DNA of 64,000 nt from Macrostomum lignano (Eukaryota). Position 1 is the first letter of the stretch; every line of letters starts with the position of its first letter. The notes under the pieces were generated by a model that saw nothing but the letters and a program-made list of their open reading frames with translations, ran no database searches and was not told where the DNA came from. Both the position numbers and the translations under genes were made by a program. The DNA is taken from NCBI GenBank assembly GCA_002269645.1, contig NIVC01000854.1, positions 62,001 through 126,000 of the forward strand, given 5' to 3'. Shown piece by piece: positions 22,963 through 36,299 of the stretch.

Positions 22963-24849
22963 TTTATTTATAGACACCTGCTTTGCTGCCCGACTAAGGG
23001 TTGCTGTGTGCTGACACGTTTAATTGGGGGAGCGGAGTGTCTGTCTGTTTACTTACCCATTGTTTATCTATCTACGTAGTCAAAATAAGACTTTGCGAAT
23101 TTGAACTTTGGGGATTTGTGAAGTCACCCGCTGAGCTCATGGAATCACAGAAAGGACCGTTAAGTTAAGAGGACGTTCATTGGAAGTTCAAATAAACAAG
23201 AAATTACAAATACTTTTCCAAAGCTATCGAAAAACTTTATTTCATCAATACATCTTGGCTGAATTAAAATCGGGTCTTCAGAATTTTTCCTTTGTTTTAC
23301 ACTCAACAGTCTTTGTCAGCTAAAGCTCCATCCGTGTGTTGTTATTTGGTTTTTCTCGCTAATATTCAATAAAGCTTCATTAATGTGCTCTTTTATTGTG
23401 ACGCGTTTGTTATTACGCAAAATTTTCAATTTATTCTAAGCCCCTACTAAAATAATAATTAACATCTATGTAAAAATTGTCAATAAATGTTATTCAATAC
23501 ACAGCTAGTAGTGTCTTATGGCCCTAGTTGATCCACAAGTTTAAAATACTGAACTGAATTTATTTGCACGATTAAAAATATGCAGCGTCCTATAACTTGA
23601 GTAGTCCTTGTTTAAAAGTCAATATAATCCATGTAAAGATATAATGTCTACATGTATTGTAGCAGTTTGGCGTCGCGTGCAAAATAAAAAACAATGCGGT
23701 TTTCACTTTCCTTAATGAAGCCATATAAGTATGACTTATATGTCAAAACAGTATTACGTCCATGACTTGCACGCTCATTTTTTATTTGAGAATCCACTAG
23801 TTTGTACATGCTGTGTATATTGATGCATAAATATTTACATAGGTAAGTCTTAGGGACTATAGACATAAGGAGGCTCTTTATATTGCTTGTTCTGGTTCTA
23901 GAACCAGAACCAATTTGTAAAGTATAACTTTTTGTCTCCTAAACTAGAGGGATATTGAGGCTTTAAAATTGTGATTATTGAATGGCAATAGCCAAGAAGA
24001 AAGTGAAAAATCATGCAAAGTGAGGCTGTTAAGGCAGTCAAACATTCAACAAAATTAAATAGTTATACTGCTTTTTTTCTTGGAAATCCGAACCGATTCT
24101 GGTTCGAGAATCGATTGTCGTGAAGAGGCTCAAGCTATAACTGTTTGTTGCCTTCAATTTTCAGCATAGTACAGTTTGTTAAACAATAAAACTTCAAGTA
24201 CCGATTATAACATTTTTCTACTTAAGTAAAAACCGTACAATACTTTAATTTTTACCACAATTTCATTTGAATATATATAAAGCATCCACCAGCATTAATA
24301 TAAATAGTTATATTGATTGGACAGGCGTCATATCGAGGATTTAAATTTTAAACAATTTTTTTTTAACTCATCATTGAGATCGATAAGGCCCTAGTATAAT
24401 CAGTCTGCACTATACGTGAACGTGTACGGTGTACAGATGTATCTGTCATATGCGTTGTTGGCATGGCGCAAGTCGCAGTGTTGATAGTCAATCAATGATG
24501 ATCTTTCATAAGTTCTGTACATTACATTTACCCCTCTAGTGTCATTTCCTAACCTATTTAGGCTTACCTTACCTCATACTAGGCCTAAACGTTATCGAGT
24601 TGAGTCGAGTGTTCTAACTGGAACCCTAGGCCTAACATATTTTATCATAGAAATTTTTTTTGGTTCGGTTGATTCTGGTTCCTTTTATCAAATTTAGACC
24701 TACCCGATGTGTATTTTGAAATAAAAAATTGAACAAAATACAAATACTAGGCCTATGACATCTTTTGTCTGATAAACTATGTCACCTTTTCACTCATTTT
24801 AATGGGATTTTAAAACGAAACTGAGTATAACATAGGGAATTGCTGGACG

Positions 24850-27000
24850 AAAGAATGCCATGATTGTGGGCATAAGATTAGAAATAAGCCTAGCTTATAA
24901 TACTTGTCAATTGTCATAATACTAGTACTTTTGTAAGTAACTATACCCATAAACCCATAGAATACTCTTAAGTCTAATGTATTATGTAGTTACTAGGCCT
25001 AGGCCTAATATATTATAATATTATAAGCCCTACCTAGGACAGGACAGGTAACTAGGCCTACTAATAACTATATACTTTGTTTCTTGCCCTTGGCTAAAAA
25101 TCAGAACTTTTAAAATAAAAGTTTGAGACAAGCAAGAGATATATAATATTAATATAGGCCTATATATATGGTTTTAGTTGATAGGGCCTATTGCATGCAC
25201 TATATAGTTGTAGACATAGATTAGATATAGCCTCACATTGCCTGTACCTAGGCCTACCCCTTATAAAATGCCCAGAAATATATAAATAATATATAGTAAT
25301 AATATAATAATATTAGTATATTTTATTATGAATATACTAATATTACAAATAATAAATTTGTATACTCTATAGGCCCTACATAAATTATATATATCTTATG
25401 TACTTAAATGTATTCTTCAATCAAGTGCATATTTAGCATCTTTTTAGGCCTACCTAGGCCTAGGGACCTATTTATTTATGTCTGACACCTGGCAAGCTTA
25501 GCAGTTTTTGTTAGGTGACAAGGTAGCTAAGGAGTATATTTAAAAATTAGCCCCTATCAACAACAAACTATAAAATTTAAATAGGGATGCTTAAGATAAA
25601 AATAGAAATTTAAAAAAATTGATATAAAAAACAAATGGTCAAAAAAGAAAAACAGAATAAGAAATAAGTTGTAGCTCTGGAGCGCTGCATACCAGTCTCT
25701 ATTTTTCTCCCCCTTTTCTCTGTTTGGCCATATCCCTAAGCTTCCATGTACTTATATATAGTTAATTGTCATTATGTGACTCTATTTTGGTATTCTCTCA
25801 GCCCCTGTTTGTGTCATTATAAAATAGGCTACTTGCTTGTTAAAATAAACCTTGAGTTTCTTTATGCCAACTTCATGGCACAACAAAGGCAATAATTAGT
25901 TAAAACAAACGAGGATAGACCTTTAAAGCAAAATGTGTCAAATTTATATTTAAAAAGTACAAATGCACAATAGTTACTTGTAAGATAATAATCACACATT
26001 CACATATATATTGAATGAAAATGAATATAGTAAAAACAAATTTGACAGGAATTCAAATTTAGCTTTCTAAGAAAACTATCTACCATTTATAATCTATTAA
26101 GTCATCCAAAATCATATAGTGCAACAAGATGAAATTGCTTTGTGTATGACAAAAAAGTTGCATAATTCCATTGGGCATTCAAAATACAAGAATCCTATTC
26201 TAGAAAGCAAAAAAATAATTTTCACTTCAAATTCATATGCAGCTATGTTGCATTTTTGTCAGAAACTAAGTCTATCAATGGAATAAAAGTTATGTATGTA
26301 ATCTATTTTGACTTCACTTTGAAGGCTGTTCAATTTAATGTGTTCAATCTATTTGTTCAATTAACTATAAATGGAGTTTATTCAATACTTTTTCTATAGC
26401 CTATGATCTTTAAAGGCAAACTTATTTATTGCTTAGCTATTTTTGCATGATGTCAAAAATTTGGGATTTTTTTTCTGGACCAAGGCTCTATCGCTACTTG
26501 GACTCAAGTAGCCAAGTAAGTACATTTGGGAATAAAATAAAATCAGATGTTGCATTGACTTTTCTGATGTCATTTTTTGTTTTTTTAGAGCCAGCCATAT
26601 GAAGCAAACATCTTTGAAGCCATTCCTGATTATATTTTTGGAACAGTAAGTTTTATCTTTGCTTTTTTGGTATCAAGTCTAGATAGAGTAAGTTGCCATA
26701 AATGAGACCATTTTAATTGCCACACTGTTTTAGACACGATTTTGCATTGGATTGGCCCAATGGGGCTGGCCAATGGCTTTGCCGTACATGCTGAAACAGG
26801 CGCTCTACTCCTCAGGTTTGTTGATTTGTTCATCTGATTGCTGACTGCTGTGATTGTCTACATTTTACTGTTGCTGAAATTTGCTTACTATACTACTAAG
26901 TAGTTAGCATGTTAACCAACTACACTTGAAAGTTGTCTCATATTACAATTGAGTATTCCACTGTAGTATTGCACTCAAATCCTCAGTTGCTAGACCAGCC
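24850..27000. other. Second AT-rich, CpG-depleted, TAGGCCTA-enriched domain covering the 5' flank and exons 1-3 of ABHD16A
   Basis: About 7 CpG counted in 24841-27000; 10 exact TAGGCCTA between 24581 and 25462. Confidence 0.8.
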
Positions 27001-30000
27001 TCCCAGATCCTCAGTTGCTGGGCCAGCCTCCCAAATCCCCAGTTGCTAGGCCAGCCTCCCAGATCCCCAGTTGCTGGGCCAGCCTCCCAGATCCCCAGTT
27101 GCTGGGCCAGCCTCCCAGATCCCCAGTTGCTGGGCCAGCCTCCCAGATCCCCAGTTGCTGGGCCAGCCTCCCAGATCCCCAGTTGCTGGGCCAGCCTCTC
27201 AGATCCCCAGTTGCTGGGCCAGCCTCCCAGATCCTCAGTTGCTGGGCCAGCCTCCCAGCGTGTCAGTTGCTGGGCCAGCCTCCCAGATCCTCCTTTGCTG
27301 GGCCAGCCTCCCAGATCCCCAGTTGCTGGGCCAGCCTCCCAGATCCTCAGTTACTGGGCCAGCCTCCGAGATCCTCAGTTGCTGGGCCAGCCTCCGAGAT
27401 CCTCAGTTACTGGGCCAGCCTCCGAGATCCTCAGTTACTGGGCCAGCCTCCGAGATCCTCAGTTACTGGGCCAGCCTCCGAGATCCTCAGTTACTGGGCC
27501 AGCCTCAGAGATCCTCAGTTACTGGGCCAGCCTCCCAAATCCTCAGTGGATCCATTCTTTCAATATAACAACGCTGCCCTACCACCGCAGCGGACCAGCT
27601 GTCACTCCGCTGCCAGTCGGCTCTGTCCTACTCCATCGGTGCCGTCTGCCTCCTGCTGTGCGCCGCCTGCTGCCGCACCCTGGGTCGCAGCCTCAATCCC
27701 ACCTATTCGGCTTTTACGCAATCGTTGCGCAAGGCTCGACGCGGCTTCACAGCCGAGGACAAAGAATCTCTGTCCAAGTACGACTTCGACTTCTGGGCTT
27801 GGCCAGTTGAGTTCAAAGCGACTCAAACTCAGCCTCTTCAGCCTGCTTCTGGGCCAGCCGAACCGGTGCCTCATCCGTTGGATTGGTTGCTAGGGCCGGC
27901 CAGTCGGTTGCTAGTGCAAACAATCGGAATCAGAATGACTTATCCCGGCTGCACTGCGCTGATGAACGCGGTGGTTCGACCGATGCTGCAGCAGACCAGG
28001 GCCAGATTGCAGGTTGGTTTGTGAACTTTCCAAGAATTGATAATCACTAATTTAAATCTCTTCCTTTCTTAGAATAGCTGTTTCTTCGAAAATTAATTTT
28101 TTTTATTTGTTTTAGCTAAATTCGTCTTTTTTAAATAGTTTTCTTTCTCTATAAATGTTCTCTTGCAGAAATTTTTGCTACTTAAAGTAGTTTGGCTTTA
28201 AAAAAGCATTTTATAAAAACATTATCAATTGTCAGAAATTGTTTTCTAGAATTAAGAAATTTTGCTTTATCGAAAAGGTTTTTACTACAATACTTAAATC
28301 TAAAGTATTAAAAAATTAAAATTAAAGTATTAAAATTAAAAAAGTAAATTAAATTATGTCTGATATGGTTTTTTTTCAAAGACAAGATAAGGCTTATTTT
28401 ATTGGCTCTTACCCCCAAGCCTAAACCCTTAAACTCCACACAGAACCCCTGCCCCTGCCCCGCCATCCAATTTTTATTGCCTTCCTCGGTTTTTCCAGCC
28501 TAAATCTGCCATGTACATTCAGTGGCCAATGTACATTGCTGCTGAACCAATTAGCAAACTGTTTACACGCCTAGCCTGCAAGCTTCAGCCGCCTTTATTC
28601 TTATAAAATAGCTTATGTATTCTTTACTGCTGCTGAACTGAAAGTAGACGGCTTGACTTAACTTGACTTAGCTGCAGGGGGCGTCCGGCGGATGCAGCGA
28701 GGAGGCGGAGGAGACCGCCCATTCCGCTAGCCCCTGGCGACCAACGACTTCCGTTGAAGTGGTGTCGCTCAGGGGGACCCGTCGGTCTCGCCTGCAGCGC
28801 GGTCCTCCTCACCGACGGTGGGGAAGAAATCAGCTCGTCCGGTGTCCCTGAGGTACCGGGCGAGCAGCGGGATGCTCTCGGGCCTGCAAACGTCGGAGAG
28901 AACCGGGTTTGGCCCGAGGTGAGTAAGCCTGGCCCTGGTGAAAACCGGGCAGTGGCAGATAAAATGCTCGGCGTTTTCACTGCCTGAGCGGCAGAAGGGG
29001 CACCGCTCCTCGGGTACTTGGCCCTGAAGGAAGCGGTGGCGAGAGAAGCAGCCATGCCCGGAGAGGGCCATGCTAACTGCTCTGAGGTCTCTGCGGTTGA
29101 GCCTCAGGAGGGCTCTACGCAGGAGAGGAGAGGGACAGGGGACGGCAGCACGGGATTGCCTACAATTCCGGGTGTCGTGCCACCTGCGGAGATGCTCGGA
29201 GTCAGCCCAGCGCTTAACGCGGGAATTGATCACCGAGGCGGGGATGGGGGCACCCGGGCCCGGCCCCAATAGCGCGCCGGCGGAGCCAGCCTTGGCCAGC
29301 AGGTCAGCGCGCTCGTTGCCGAGGAAGCCGGCGTGGCCCGGGATCCATCTGAGCTCCACCTGGTTGCCTAGCGCAAGCCCGTTGAGCTGGGTGTTGCAGT
29401 CCAGGACGGACCTGGAGCTGGCGGTGCTGCGGCAGAGGGCCCGAAGGGCTGCTTGGCTGTCAGAGTGAAAAATAAATTTCCGGCCGCTAAGCTGCCTTCG
29501 GCGCAGCTCTGCCGCGCAGGAGCTGATGGCAAGCACCTCGCTCTGAAAAACACTGGAGTTGAGCCCAGTGTGCTGGGAGTAGTTCCACACCACTTCTCCC
29601 TTGAAGAAGACGCAAGCTCCGAAGCCTGAAAGACCATGCCTCATAGAGCCGTCAGTGTAACAGTGGACTTCAGAGTCGCTCCAGCTGTCACTCGCCTCGT
29701 GTCGAGGCTGAATGGTGACCTTATACCTTTGGCTCAGGAGAAGGGTGGCTGGGATCGAGTCCGTGAGGATGTTGAGCCCGCCACACTCCTCGAGAGCCTT
29801 GAGGCAGAGGTCAGAGTGCGGGATAAGCGACCGCTTCTTAAAGGCCCGCACTTTCTTGAAGGCCACCCCAGCATCCAGAAGACGCCGGGTGCTCTTCGCC
29901 GCCTCTCCTTTGATATAAATATCCAAAGGAGGGGCACAGAGGAAGGCATTCATGCCTTCAAAAGGAGTAGAGGGTGGAGCGCCCATAGTCATGCGGCAGG

Positions 30001-33000
30001 CTCTGCCCTGGATTTTGTAGAGAGCGTCGAGGTTGCTCTTGACGCTCAGGCCGCTAGCCCACACGAGGCTGGCGTAACTGATCGAGGGGCGGATGATGGC
30101 AGTGTAAATCCACCACAGCTTCCTGGGGGTGAGCCCCCAGGTGGTGCCCACGGCGCGCCTGATCTGAGCCAGTACAGCCAGGGCTTTTTTGGCTTTAGTT
30201 TGAATGTGCGGAGTCCAGTTAAGCCTGTGGTCCAGAGTGAGGCCCAGGCAGCGGACCTGCTTCTCCATGGAAATATTCTTTCCATAGAGGGTGAGGGGCT
30301 TAATGGTCCAGAGCAGTTTGTTGGTAAACATGACCGCTGTGGTTTTCGACTCTGAGAGTCTAAGGCCACATTGGTCTGCCCAACGCTCCGCTCGTCCCAG
30401 AAAGCCCTGCAGAAGGTCTCTGATGGTATCAACCGAGGGGCCCGCGCATATCGCGGTCACATCATCGGCATAGCCCACCTTGAGAATGGGGTCGTGGAGA
30501 TCACTGCAAAGCAACTCATCCATGACCATGTTCCAGAGAACGGGGGTGAGAACGCCGCCCTGGGGGCCCCCTTTCAGGACAGGCACCGAAAGAGAGCTGC
30601 CGCTCAGGTGGGCCACAACAGTGCGGTTTCGGATCATGAACATGATCCACCGGACAAGGTGAGGGTGCGTGGCCCTGGATTCCAGGGCTCTGCAAAAGGC
30701 CTCGAAGATGACGTTGTCGAAGGCCCCCTCAATGTCCAGGAAAAGCGAGAGGGCAAAGCCGCTGCCAAGAACGGCCCTCTCCAGGAAGTCAACAATGACA
30801 TGGAGAGCACTCTCGGTTGACCTGCCCGCGCGGAAGGCGTGCTGGTTCTGCGAGAGTGGGAAGCGCTTCAGCTCGACCGAAAGTAGGCGCCAAAGCACCA
30901 GTCTCTCGAGGAGCTTGAGGCAGAAAGAAGTGAGGCTGATAGGCCTGAAGGCCTTCACCGATTGGTAGTCGCTCTTTCCAGGCTTGGGGATAAAGACCAC
31001 CCGGGCCTCTCTCCATGCAACTGGTACATAGCCCAGCTCCACACAAGCTCGAAGGAGACGACAGAGCAGGTCCAGGAAGCGGTGGTTTTTCACCGCCTCG
31101 TGCAAGAACGCTGGGTAGATGCCGTCGGGCCCAGGCGCCTTGAACGGGTTAAAGGACCTTGCCGCTCTAATAATGCGGTCTTTGGTGATCATAGACTTTG
31201 CTAGGCCTTGCCCTCCCACTGTGTGGTCGGGCGGGCCCTGCTGAGTCGGAGATTTAGGGAAAAAACTGTTGAGCATGAGCTCTAGAGTCTCTTCCGAACT
31301 CTCTGTGACCGAGCCGTCAGGTCTCTTCACAACAGAGAGTTTAGAAAAACGGTCATTAGTGAGTGCCTTAACCACGCGGGCTACGGGGCGAGAGCCCTCA
31401 AGCCCTTCGCAATATTGGCGCCACTTGGCCGTCTTGGCCCTTCTGACTTGGCCCTTAAACTCGTGGATCGCACGGGTATAGGCCTCTCTGTCAGATGGGT
31501 CTTTGGTTTTGAGCGCTCGCCTTTGGAGGGTCCTGGCTCGGCGCCGAAGGGCCCCGAGCTCTGGGTTCCACCAGGGAGCAGATTTCTTGCCTTTATAGGC
31601 CTTTAGGGGGCAGGCTGCTTCAAAGGCAGTGGTGATCGCCCCGCCCAGGGAGGAGGCGAGATCGTCCACCACCTGGCAGTCAGAGAGGTCACTGGGGGGT
31701 CAAGATCCCGAAGGCCGCGGCTCAGCTTCGAGCCAAAGGCGGCCCAATCGGTGTTCCTGACGTTCCGACTCCAAGTGACCTTAGGCTTTTGCTTGGTCGG
31801 CCCAATGCAAAAGCGGATAAAGCGGTGGTCCGAGAGCGAGTCCTCGTCCCACACTCGCCAGCCCGTAACTGCGGAAAGCAGTCCGGGTGAGGCGATGGTG
31901 GTGTCGATGACTTCGGCCCACCGCCCATTATTGAACGTTGGTGCATTGCCCACGTTACAGAAGTTGAGGTTAGTGCTGCTGACATAGGCCAGCAGCTCCT
32001 CGCCTCTGCTATTGATGTTCTTGCTGCCCCAATGCAGGTGGTGTGCGTTCACATCCCCTGCAATGAGCAGCTCGAACCGATGGGACGCAGCATAGTCAGT
32101 AAGGTTGACTAACGCGTCGCAGACAACTGGGGCATCGCCCGGGAAATAGGCAGAAGCTACCAGCACAGGTTTATTGGGAATGAGGTTATTGATTTGAACA
32201 ACACAGATGTCCCCAGTCGAGAGATCAGGTCTCATCCATGCCTCAAAAGCTTTTGCAGCAAAGACCAAGATCTTGGGCGAGGCTGAGAGCCCGCCATGCA
32301 AAAACAGTGGTAGCCAGATGGCACATTATTTGGCTTACCTTTAGTCATCCAGGGCTCCTGTACGAAGACCAGGCCCGGAAGCTGTTGCTCTGCCGTGCGC
32401 ATCAGGTTGACCGACGCCGCCACGCAGTGCTGGGTGTTGATCTGCAGACACCAGGTAGTCGCTGGCATCATTGCAGATCGGATGTTGCAGCCGCCAGGAG
32501 TTCCTCCTCCTCCTCGGCGCTCACCGGCTTCGGGTCGGGGTCGCCGGTGTCCATGGGCTCTTCTTCAGCAAAAGGCCCCCGATTGGCCGGAAGGCAGTAG
32601 GCAGCGTTCGCCGCCCTTTGCCCACCATCCATGGGGTCCTCCGCCTCAGATTGGCCCAATGCCCTGGAGCAGCCAGCCGCCTGGGCAGGCGGGTCCGTCT
32701 CCAGTCGGCCCTGCCCCGAGGGGTTGGGCCCAGCTGGGACGTCCCCACCCTCCCTGGACGAACTGGTGCGCCTAGGCGTCCCGGCGACCTCTCGCCTCAG
32801 CTGGGAGATTTTGGCGGTACGGACTGCCTCAGCTGCACGCTGGTACAGGCCGCGCCGCTTGGTGCTGCGCGCCGGGCGTCGGTCGCCTCCGCCCTCAGCA
32901 GCGCGCTCAGCTTTGCCCGCGCGGCCGTGCTGCCGGGCAGGGCGGTTTGCTTTGGCAGTCTGAGCAGAGGCTTGCGCCTCGGCCCCGGCCGCCTCCGCAT

Positions 33001-34996
33001 CCCGCCCGCCCTGCTCACTGCCACGGGGAGGGTCGGCCTCGTAGGAGCGGATGCGCAGCTTCCAAAGGCCGACGTTGATGAAGCTGCCGTGTGGATAACG
33101 CCTCATCCAGGCGTCCGACAGCCCCAGGATGGCTGTGAAGCCAGTGCCGTCGGTGCGCTTAAGGGTGTCATGCACCACTAGGCCCGCGGCGGGAAGCTCC
33201 CGGTTGACTGCTAGCAGTCCTTTCCGGAGCTCGTCAGCAGAGGTAACAACGCTCCTGGCCGGGACCCAGATTCGATGCCTCTTGGTCCGGGGGCGCTCGT
33301 CCTCTCTGCAGAAGGCTAGGTTGAGGTCCCAGCTCTGCTCGGGCAGCAGCTCAAGGAGCCGCCGACCCGAGTCAGCATCACTGGGCCAAATGAGAAGGCA
33401 CGAGTCCCTCGTCGCATTCGAATGAATGTTCAGAGGCGTGCCCTTCAGAGTTTGCTTCCACAGGAGGCCATCAACGGCACTTCTCACCTGCTTCAGCTGA
33501 TCGGGAGACAGGCGCGCGTCCTTTCCCAGGATGACAACCGCCGGTTGCCTCTTTGCCGCATCAGCGTAGGAGGCCCGGGGGTCAGTGGAGCTTTCTTCAG
33601 GTGGGCTGTCCACCCTCCCGGCTGCATCGGCCTCCCTATCCTGGGCAGGGGCTTCCGTGGGCTCGAGGCCCTCTTCCGCCACCGCCCCAGACTGGGAAGC
33701 TTCCGCTGCCGCGGGCCGTTGGCCCCTGGCACCGGTTTGGCTTCCGCCCTCCTTGGCCCGCCTCGCCTTGTTAAGTCGACGGCGGGCAGCTCCAGAGGTG
33801 GTGCTGCGTTTCTTAGCAGCTGGAGTAGCAGGTGTCTTCTCGGAGGCACCGCTCAGAGTTGGCTCCACGGGTCTCGCCGAGGCGTCCCCGATGGTAGCAG
33901 GTGGTATGGCCGAGGAGTCCACGGCCCCAGCCGAGGCCGGAGGCACTGTGTCATCCACAGCCGGTTGATTTCTTCGGTTAGAAGCCATTGGCTGGAAGTA
34001 AAAAGGTGGGACTTCCTGAAGAACACAGGCAAAGAGCCGCAAGGCCGCAACCCCAAACCAAGCGGCAGGCCCCCAAAAAGCAAAATACCACCCTGCGGGG
34101 GGACCCAAAAGCGCAAGGGGAACCGTTAGCGACCAGACTACTCCCTGGCCAAGCGTCCATCAGCACGGAGTTACACTGGGACATTAGAGGGTGCGTTTAT
34201 GGTCACACCAGGACCCGGCGCCAACGAATCAGCTCGGCAGGGCCCAAGGGGGCCTGCCTTAACACCCACGGGACGAGTACCCTTCGAAGTGCGCCTTGCA
34301 AGGTGAAAATCAGGAGACAGAGTCTCTTGAGCTATCAGCCCGCCAGGGGAGGCAGGTGTGAGCATCGCTGGCTGGGATAAAGGCCATACCAGTCTCATAC
34401 TGCACAGATAGTTCACCACGCCATTACGTGCAGGACCCGGGGTCCTGGGGGCAACAGCCCCGGCAAAGTAGACGGCTGTTTTACCAAGCATATATACCTG
34501 AGTAGCCCATCTCAGAGCGTTGACTTTCTTACAACTCTTGGTATCCTGAAATTGTTTTTAAGGATAATTTGGATCTGAAGATTATAACTTTTCCTTTCTA
34601 TACTTTTTGATTCTTAAAATTGACAATTTGTTATTCCCCAGAATGACCCATTTCTTTAAACGTATTGCTTATTTGATTTCTTCTGTTAATTCGTACCTTT
34701 AAATATTTGTTTTTTGCATAATACAGACTCAGCACCGCATCCAGCGTTTTAAGCTTCTGACGCCGTCCGGCTTTGAGGTCGAAGCCTTCTTTGCGGACAG
34801 GCGCTCCGGCGGTGACGGCCACGGCAACGGGGAAATTCTCATTGTCTGCTGCGAGGGCAACGCCGGCTATCCGGAGATCGGCTGCACCGGGGTGCCGCTG
34901 GAGAAGGGTCACTCTGTGATTGGCTGGAATCATCCAGGCTTCGCTGGCAGCACCGTGAGTCTCTGGGCCTGCTGTGTGTCTGACTGTGTTTGTCTG

Positions 34997-35055
<59 letters not shown>

Positions 35056-35091
35056 TTTAGTGTCTGTCTGTCTGTGATTCTCTGTCTGTCC

Positions 35092-35155
<64 letters not shown>

Positions 35156-35734
35156 TTATGTCTGTCAGTCTGTTTTAGTATCTGTCTGTCTGTGTTTGTC
35201 TGTCTGTCTGTCTGCCTGCCTGCCTGTTTCTGTCTGTCTGCATGTGCCTGTCTTTATTTCCTGGTGTATGCATAATATTAGTCTCCTGTTTGCCTGTCCT
35301 TCCCTACACTGACCCGATTCCCCACCCCACTTCACTCCAGGGCCTGCCATTCCCCGACACGGAGCGCGAGTTCATAGAAACTGTGCTCCAGTTTGCCCAG
35401 CAACGCCTCGGCTTCGAACCGGGCGACACGGCCCTCCTAGCCTGGTCCATCGGCGGCTACTCGGCCACCTGGGCGGCCGCCAGGCAGCCGCAGCTGCGCT
35501 ACCTGCTGCTGGACGCCACGTTTGACAACATCGAAGAGCTGGCGGTGAAGGCCATGCCCAAGTTTGCCAGCTGGTTTGTGCGGTACGCCGTGAGACACCA
35601 CCTGCGCCTGGACAATGCCGAGCAGCTGTGCCGGTGAGCTGCCTGCGGCTGTGTGCCTGTATCTATCTGTCTATCTATCTATCTATCTATCTATCCATCT
35701 ATCTATCTATCTATCTATCTATCTAGCTAGCTAG

Positions 35735-35819
<85 letters not shown>

Positions 35820-35820
35820 C

Positions 35821-35855
<35 letters not shown>

Positions 35856-35896
35856 CATCTATCTATCTAGCTATCTATCTATCTATCTATCTATCC

Positions 35897-35935
<39 letters not shown>

Positions 35936-36004
35936 CATCTATCTATCTATCTATCTATCTATCCATCTATCTATCTAGCTATCTATCTATCTATCTATCT
36001 ATCC

Positions 36005-36043
<39 letters not shown>

Positions 36044-36148
36044 CATCTATCTATCTATCTATCTATCTATCCATCTATCTATCTAGCTATCTATCTATCT
36101 ATCTATCTATCCATCTATCTATCCATCTATCCATCTATCTATCTATCC

Positions 36149-36179
<31 letters not shown>

Positions 36180-36180
36180 C

Positions 36181-36223
<43 letters not shown>

Positions 36224-36224
36224 C

Positions 36225-36259
<35 letters not shown>

Positions 36260-36260
36260 C

Positions 36261-36299
<39 letters not shown>

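Larger units (their letters stand above)
28654..34464 (-). mobile_element. Full-length LOA/Lian-type LINE (ORF1 + APE-RT-RNase H-CCHC), 5811 bp, antisense in ABHD16A intron 4
   Basis: 13-bp TSD AAAGTAGACGGCT at 28641-28653 and 34465-34477; 3' tail TAAGTCAAGTTAAGTCA; two ORFs as listed separately. Confidence 0.93.

Noticed and set aside
27015-27893. Long ORFs over tandem repeats (also 22168-22697, 37325-37809, 38492-39139, 43999-44898, 53505-53972, 54116-54901, 54937-55708)
   Set aside because: They come from stop-free repeat units open in several frames, mostly inside introns whose flanking exons splice in phase without them.
29636-34129. Long + strand ORFs opposite the LINE (29636-30355, 30371-30820, 32471-33181, 33422-34129)
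   Set aside because: Antisense shadows of GC-rich coding sequence with no recognisable motifs.
34430-34464. The extreme 5' end of the LINE (GCCGGGG...CCCCGGG) as a second HDV-like ribozyme
   Set aside because: Only 15 nt separate the would-be P1 strands, too few for P2, P3 and L3; the sequence is better explained by simple hairpins.
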